From assembly GCA_963762565.1 (NCBI GenBank), contig CAVXLD010000007.1, positions 64,001-128,000 on the forward strand: a DNA stretch of 64,000 nt. Direction: 5' to 3'. Both the position numbers and the translations under genes were made by a program. This DNA comes from an uncultured Verrucomicrobiae bacterium (GTDB lineage Bacteria; Verrucomicrobiota; Verrucomicrobiia; Chthoniobacterales; JAFAMB01). Shown here in pieces: positions 60,628-64,000 of this stretch. The notes beneath the pieces are model-generated. The model was not told where the DNA came from, searched no databases, and saw only the letters and a list, made by a program, of their open reading frames with translations. How positions within the stretch are numbered: position 1 is the first letter of the stretch; each line of letters starts with the position of its first letter.

Positions 60628-60881
60628 TGGAGCGCGCCTCGCTTCCGCCTCCGCTTCGCTACGCCGCGGCAGGTGCGAGGCCGTGGCGAGCAAAGGAACA
60701 TCGTAGTGCACACCTAATTTCTCTCTCCGCTCTGAGGCGCGACCCTATCCTCTTTAGGTGCGAGGACCCAACCCACCGGTTGTTATGCGCCATCCTCAAC
60801 CTTGGTTACAACGGCCTCGCAAGCGAGGCACGCTCCAGGGCTTGACGCCTATAGGTGGCCACCGGACCGATCACAGCGTTG

Positions 60882-61631
60882 TTACCAGGCGGTCCAGCCA
60901 CCATCGACTGCCAGGATTGCACCGGTAGTAAACTTCGCTGCATCTGACGCGAGATAGAGGACAGCCGCCGCGATTTCTTCGCTGGTGCCGAATCGGCCGA
61001 CGGGATGCTGTGATAGTAACCAGGTTTGCGCCTCGGCCGGGAACCGGGCTACCATCTCGGTGTCAATGGTGCCAGGTGCAACCGCGTTTACGCGAATGCC
61101 TTGCTTTCCGAACTCGACTGCGGCGGCTTTAGTCAGTCCTTCCACGGCGTGTTTGGTTGCCACATAGATGCTAGCGTTAGCTAATCCGATATGCCCGGCG
61201 ATACTCGAGGTATTAACAATGGCGCCTCCTCCGGTCTTGAGCATGGCAGGAATTTCATGCTTCATCGAATTCAGAACGCCCCATACATTGATATCGAACG
61301 TCGAGCGATACTGTTCTTCCGTGACTTGATCGAGCGGTCCTAGCATTTCCACGCCAGCATTGTTAAAGGCCACATCGAGCCGGCCGTAGGTGGACAGCAC
61401 AAACTCGATTACTTTCACGATGTCAGCTTCCTTGGAGGCGTCGGCCCGAACAAAGGCCGCCGTTCCGCCGATCTTGTTAATTTCCGCAACGACCTCGGCT
61501 CCTTCCTTTTCGCGCCGGCCGGTAATGATGACTTTCCCGCCGGCATTGGCGAAGGCAGTGGCGGTTACTTTGCCGATACCGGAGGTGCCTCCGGTAATCA
61601 GGACGATTTTGTTAGTAAAACTGCTTTGCAT
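60882..61631 (-). CDS. SDR family oxidoreductase (classical)
   Basis: TGGTSGIG, FNNAG, YVATK, VDGG. Confidence 0.95.
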   Translation of the reverse strand: MQSSFTNKIVLITGGTSGIGKVTATAFANAGGKVIITGRREKEGAEVVAEINKIGGTAAFVRADASKEADIVKVIEFVLSTYGRLDVAFNNAGVEMLGPLDQVTEEQYRSTFDINVWGVLNSMKHEIPAMLKTGGGAIVNTSSIAGHIGLANASIYVATKHAVEGLTKAAAVEFGKQGIRVNAVAPGTIDTEMVARFPAEAQTWLLSQHPVGRFGTSEEIAAAVLYLASDAAKFTTGAILAVDGGWTAW

Positions 61632-61876
61632 GTTGGAGTTGGTTCGATTGGGTTTGGTGTTCTAAATTTAGATTACTTGTGCTTTCAAAAGGGTGAGAAA
61701 TGAACCTGACGTGGGAGGGCGCGCGTCCCCGCGCGCCGCGGATAGGATAGGTCTACAACCTGGGACACCGTATGACGCTGGATCGGGTCCATCGTGGACT
61801 TCGAGAAGAGCGGATCGCGAGGACGCGATCCCTCCCGGTAATCGGCCATGTTCATTCGAGGCACGATTACGAAACA

Positions 61877-63307
61877 TTATTTCGATACCGAAGGTGTGGA
61901 CAGGAACAACGGGATCAGTCCCTCGACCAAGGTCGGATGAGTGAGGATCCCATCCCGGAGAGCCGTATAAGGTAGTCCGCCCATCATCGCTATTTGGACC
62001 GAAGACACGACGTCACCTACGTCGACGCCAAATCCGGTGAAGCCAAGGATGCGATCGCTATCAATCTCGACCAGGGCCTTCAAAAATCCCCGAGTTTCAG
62101 ACATTGTGGTTGAGCGCATTACCGCGGACATCGGAATCTTGAAGAGCCGATAAGGAATGCCTTGGGCTTTCGCTTCCTTCTCGCTGAGGCCAATGCGGGC
62201 CAGTTCTGGATCCGTAAACAGACAAAATGGAATCTGTCTTCCCGTCGTAACGCGTTTACCACCCGTGATGCTGTCAAAAACGACCCGGAAGTCGTCGACA
62301 CTAACGTGGGTGAACTGCGGGCTGCCTGCTACCTCGCCGATCGCCCAAACCCCGGGCGCCGTAGTCTCCAGGTGCTCATTCACTTTGAGGTGTCCGCTAC
62401 TGGTCAGTTCGACTCCGGCTAGGTCCAGGCCGATCCCAGCGGTGTTCGGAGTGCGGCCGGCTGCCACCAGCAGATGAGTGCCTTCCAACGTCTTCTCGGT
62501 TCCGCGTTGTTCGACCACCATTTTTACAGACTCGCCAGACTTGCCCGATACGCTCTTAATCTTTGCGTTCAGAACAATATCGATGCCCTCTTCTGCAATC
62601 AGGTTTTGAACCGCTTCCGTTACATCGTCGTCTTCCCTATGGATAAACCTGCTATTGCGATCGATTACCGTCACACGGCTGCCGAAGCGACGCATCGCCT
62701 GGGCCAGCTCTAAACCGATATAACCGCCACCGATAACCAGGAGATGTTCGGGGACTTCATCGAGTTCCAGTGCTTCGATATGGGTGAGGGGTTGTGCTTC
62801 AGCCAGGCCGGGGACCGGTTCTAAGGCGGCGCGTGTCCCTATATTAATGATCACCCTGGCGCCACGCAGCTGACGAGTGGTTCCGTCGTGTACCGCCACT
62901 TCCAGCGTCTTTTCGCCGATGAAGCGACCGGAGCCGACGATGAATTCAGCTCCGCTCTTTTTGTAATTGTCGAGATATGCCTCGTTCCAACTCGATACCA
63001 TCCGGCGTTTCCGGTCGCGAACGGCGGACATATCGACGGTGAATTCTCTTTTCGGTATCCCGAACTCTGCGCTTCTGCGGACATAGGAGGCAACCCTCGC
63101 ACTGTGGATAATGTTCTTACTCGGGAGACAGGCGATGTTGGGACAGGATCCGCCGACGTATTTGCGTTCAATCACGGCCACACGCTGCCCTTGCCCGGCA
63201 AAGGTCCAGGCGGCGATCGTACCTCCAGTGCCGCTGCCCAATATAACAAGATCATACTCTTCCGGGCTAATATCCCGGGACAACCTGGCTGAAGCTGTGT
63301 TTTGCAT
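61877..63307 (-). CDS. RclA/YkgC-like pyridine nucleotide-disulfide oxidoreductase
   Basis: GSGTGG, GGSCPNIACLPSK, GGGYIGLE, PQFTH, HPTL.E; no MerA C-terminal Cys pair. Confidence 0.88.
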   Translation of the reverse strand: MQNTASARLSRDISPEEYDLVILGSGTGGTIAAWTFAGQGQRVAVIERKYVGGSCPNIACLPSKNIIHSARVASYVRRSAEFGIPKREFTVDMSAVRDRKRRMVSSWNEAYLDNYKKSGAEFIVGSGRFIGEKTLEVAVHDGTTRQLRGARVIINIGTRAALEPVPGLAEAQPLTHIEALELDEVPEHLLVIGGGYIGLELAQAMRRFGSRVTVIDRNSRFIHREDDDVTEAVQNLIAEEGIDIVLNAKIKSVSGKSGESVKMVVEQRGTEKTLEGTHLLVAAGRTPNTAGIGLDLAGVELTSSGHLKVNEHLETTAPGVWAIGEVAGSPQFTHVSVDDFRVVFDSITGGKRVTTGRQIPFCLFTDPELARIGLSEKEAKAQGIPYRLFKIPMSAVMRSTTMSETRGFLKALVEIDSDRILGFTGFGVDVGDVVSSVQIAMMGGLPYTALRDGILTHPTLVEGLIPLFLSTPSVSK

Positions 63308-63378
63308 AGGGGGTTCCTTAAAGCTTTATCTTAATAGAAGAGACTTGATGAAGATCTCCCCGTTCAATTAGAGGAGAC

Positions 63379-63888
63379 TCAATTTGCAGACGGCTTCGCC
63401 GAATCGGTTTTAGGGGTTACTCGCTCGACATCCTGCTTTAGCAGATAGAGAGAAGCGGCAAAGAGAACCAAGTCTTTCAGGAGAAAGGCCTCATTACCCT
63501 GTATGGCAGGGAATCCGCCTGCAGCGGCGTTCCAGGCGTCAGGCATAAAAGGCATGATAGTGAGGGTCATGATAAAGGTCACGCAGGAACCCGCAGCCCC
63601 AAGAATCCCTAACTTCTTATTCCAGAATCCCAAGAACAAGAGTGCGCCGAATAACCATTCAGAAGCTCCTAGGAACCAACTGGCCCCTTGCAAGCCGAAA
63701 ACCGGATACATCCAAAAGGTAAGAGGACCGTTCTTGATGAAAGGAATCAATGTTTCCGCTTCGTAAGGGAACCACTTCTGGTATCCAAAAAAGAAGTAGA
63801 TGGTCACCATCGACCCGCGAACCACGCGGTAATCAAGGTCTTTGGTGAGAAGGCCGAGCTTGGTTAGAATCTTTATGAGAAGATTCAT
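63379..63888 (-). CDS. RclC/YkgB (DUF417) inner-membrane protein
   Basis: FGYQKWFPYEA, GGFP, FLLKDLVL; upstream of the RclA-like gene. Confidence 0.88.
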   Translation of the reverse strand: MNLLIKILTKLGLLTKDLDYRVVRGSMVTIYFFFGYQKWFPYEAETLIPFIKNGPLTFWMYPVFGLQGASWFLGASEWLFGALLFLGFWNKKLGILGAAGSCVTFIMTLTIMPFMPDAWNAAAGGFPAIQGNEAFLLKDLVLFAASLYLLKQDVERVTPKTDSAKPSAN

Positions 63889-64000
63889 CCCCTCGTCGAA
63901 AATTGGTAGGCCGGGTTTGGCGGTTGCCTCTTGCCCCGGAAGGACAGATTTTGAAGTGTAGACGTTTTTTATAATAATAAAAATTCTGGGGTACCGACGT

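Noticed and set aside
61877..63307. Mercuric reductase merA
   Set aside because: It lacks the C-terminal Cys pair and mer neighbours; the rclC-like neighbour fits RclA.

Overview
Bacterial chromosomal accessory region of moderate-to-high GC. The STK/ECF pair, the intergenic repeat families and the gene content suggest a soil Verrucomicrobiota (Chthoniobacterales-like) genome; this is inference only. From left to right: (1) a ketose 3-epimerase convergent with a monosaccharide ABC transporter; (2) a decayed 5.6-26.5 kb patch of stress genes and gene scraps (VapBC, dodecin, GYD, pcm, two Hsp20, ferredoxin, YghA, CsbD; remnants of DUF962, RES, LigD, ArdC, ADP-ribosylglycohydrolase, DUF4010). This patch includes a 538-bp transposase-less IS1-like cassette (TIRs plus 8-bp target duplication) carrying a cupin gene; (3) two paralogous DUF4062-transmembrane-TPR receptor-like genes; (4) arsC-arsM divergent from a SigZ-type sigma factor; (5) an ECF sigma/Ser-Thr kinase pair next to four secreted S53 (sedolisin) proteases, one of which has lost its catalytic Ser and oxyanion Asp; (6) BrnTA, a TonB-dependent receptor with a Fur-like box, DUF3300, chrA, a Tat multicopper oxidase and an rclC-rclA-like pair. 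Many REP/REPIN-like, MITE-like and short tandem repeats are present. I saw no rRNA, tRNA, CRISPR, integrase or transposase. The best candidates for undescribed biology are the DUF4062-TM-TPR receptors, the S53 protease/pseudoprotease cluster and the cupin mini-transposon. All family calls come from motif recognition by eye, not from database searches.
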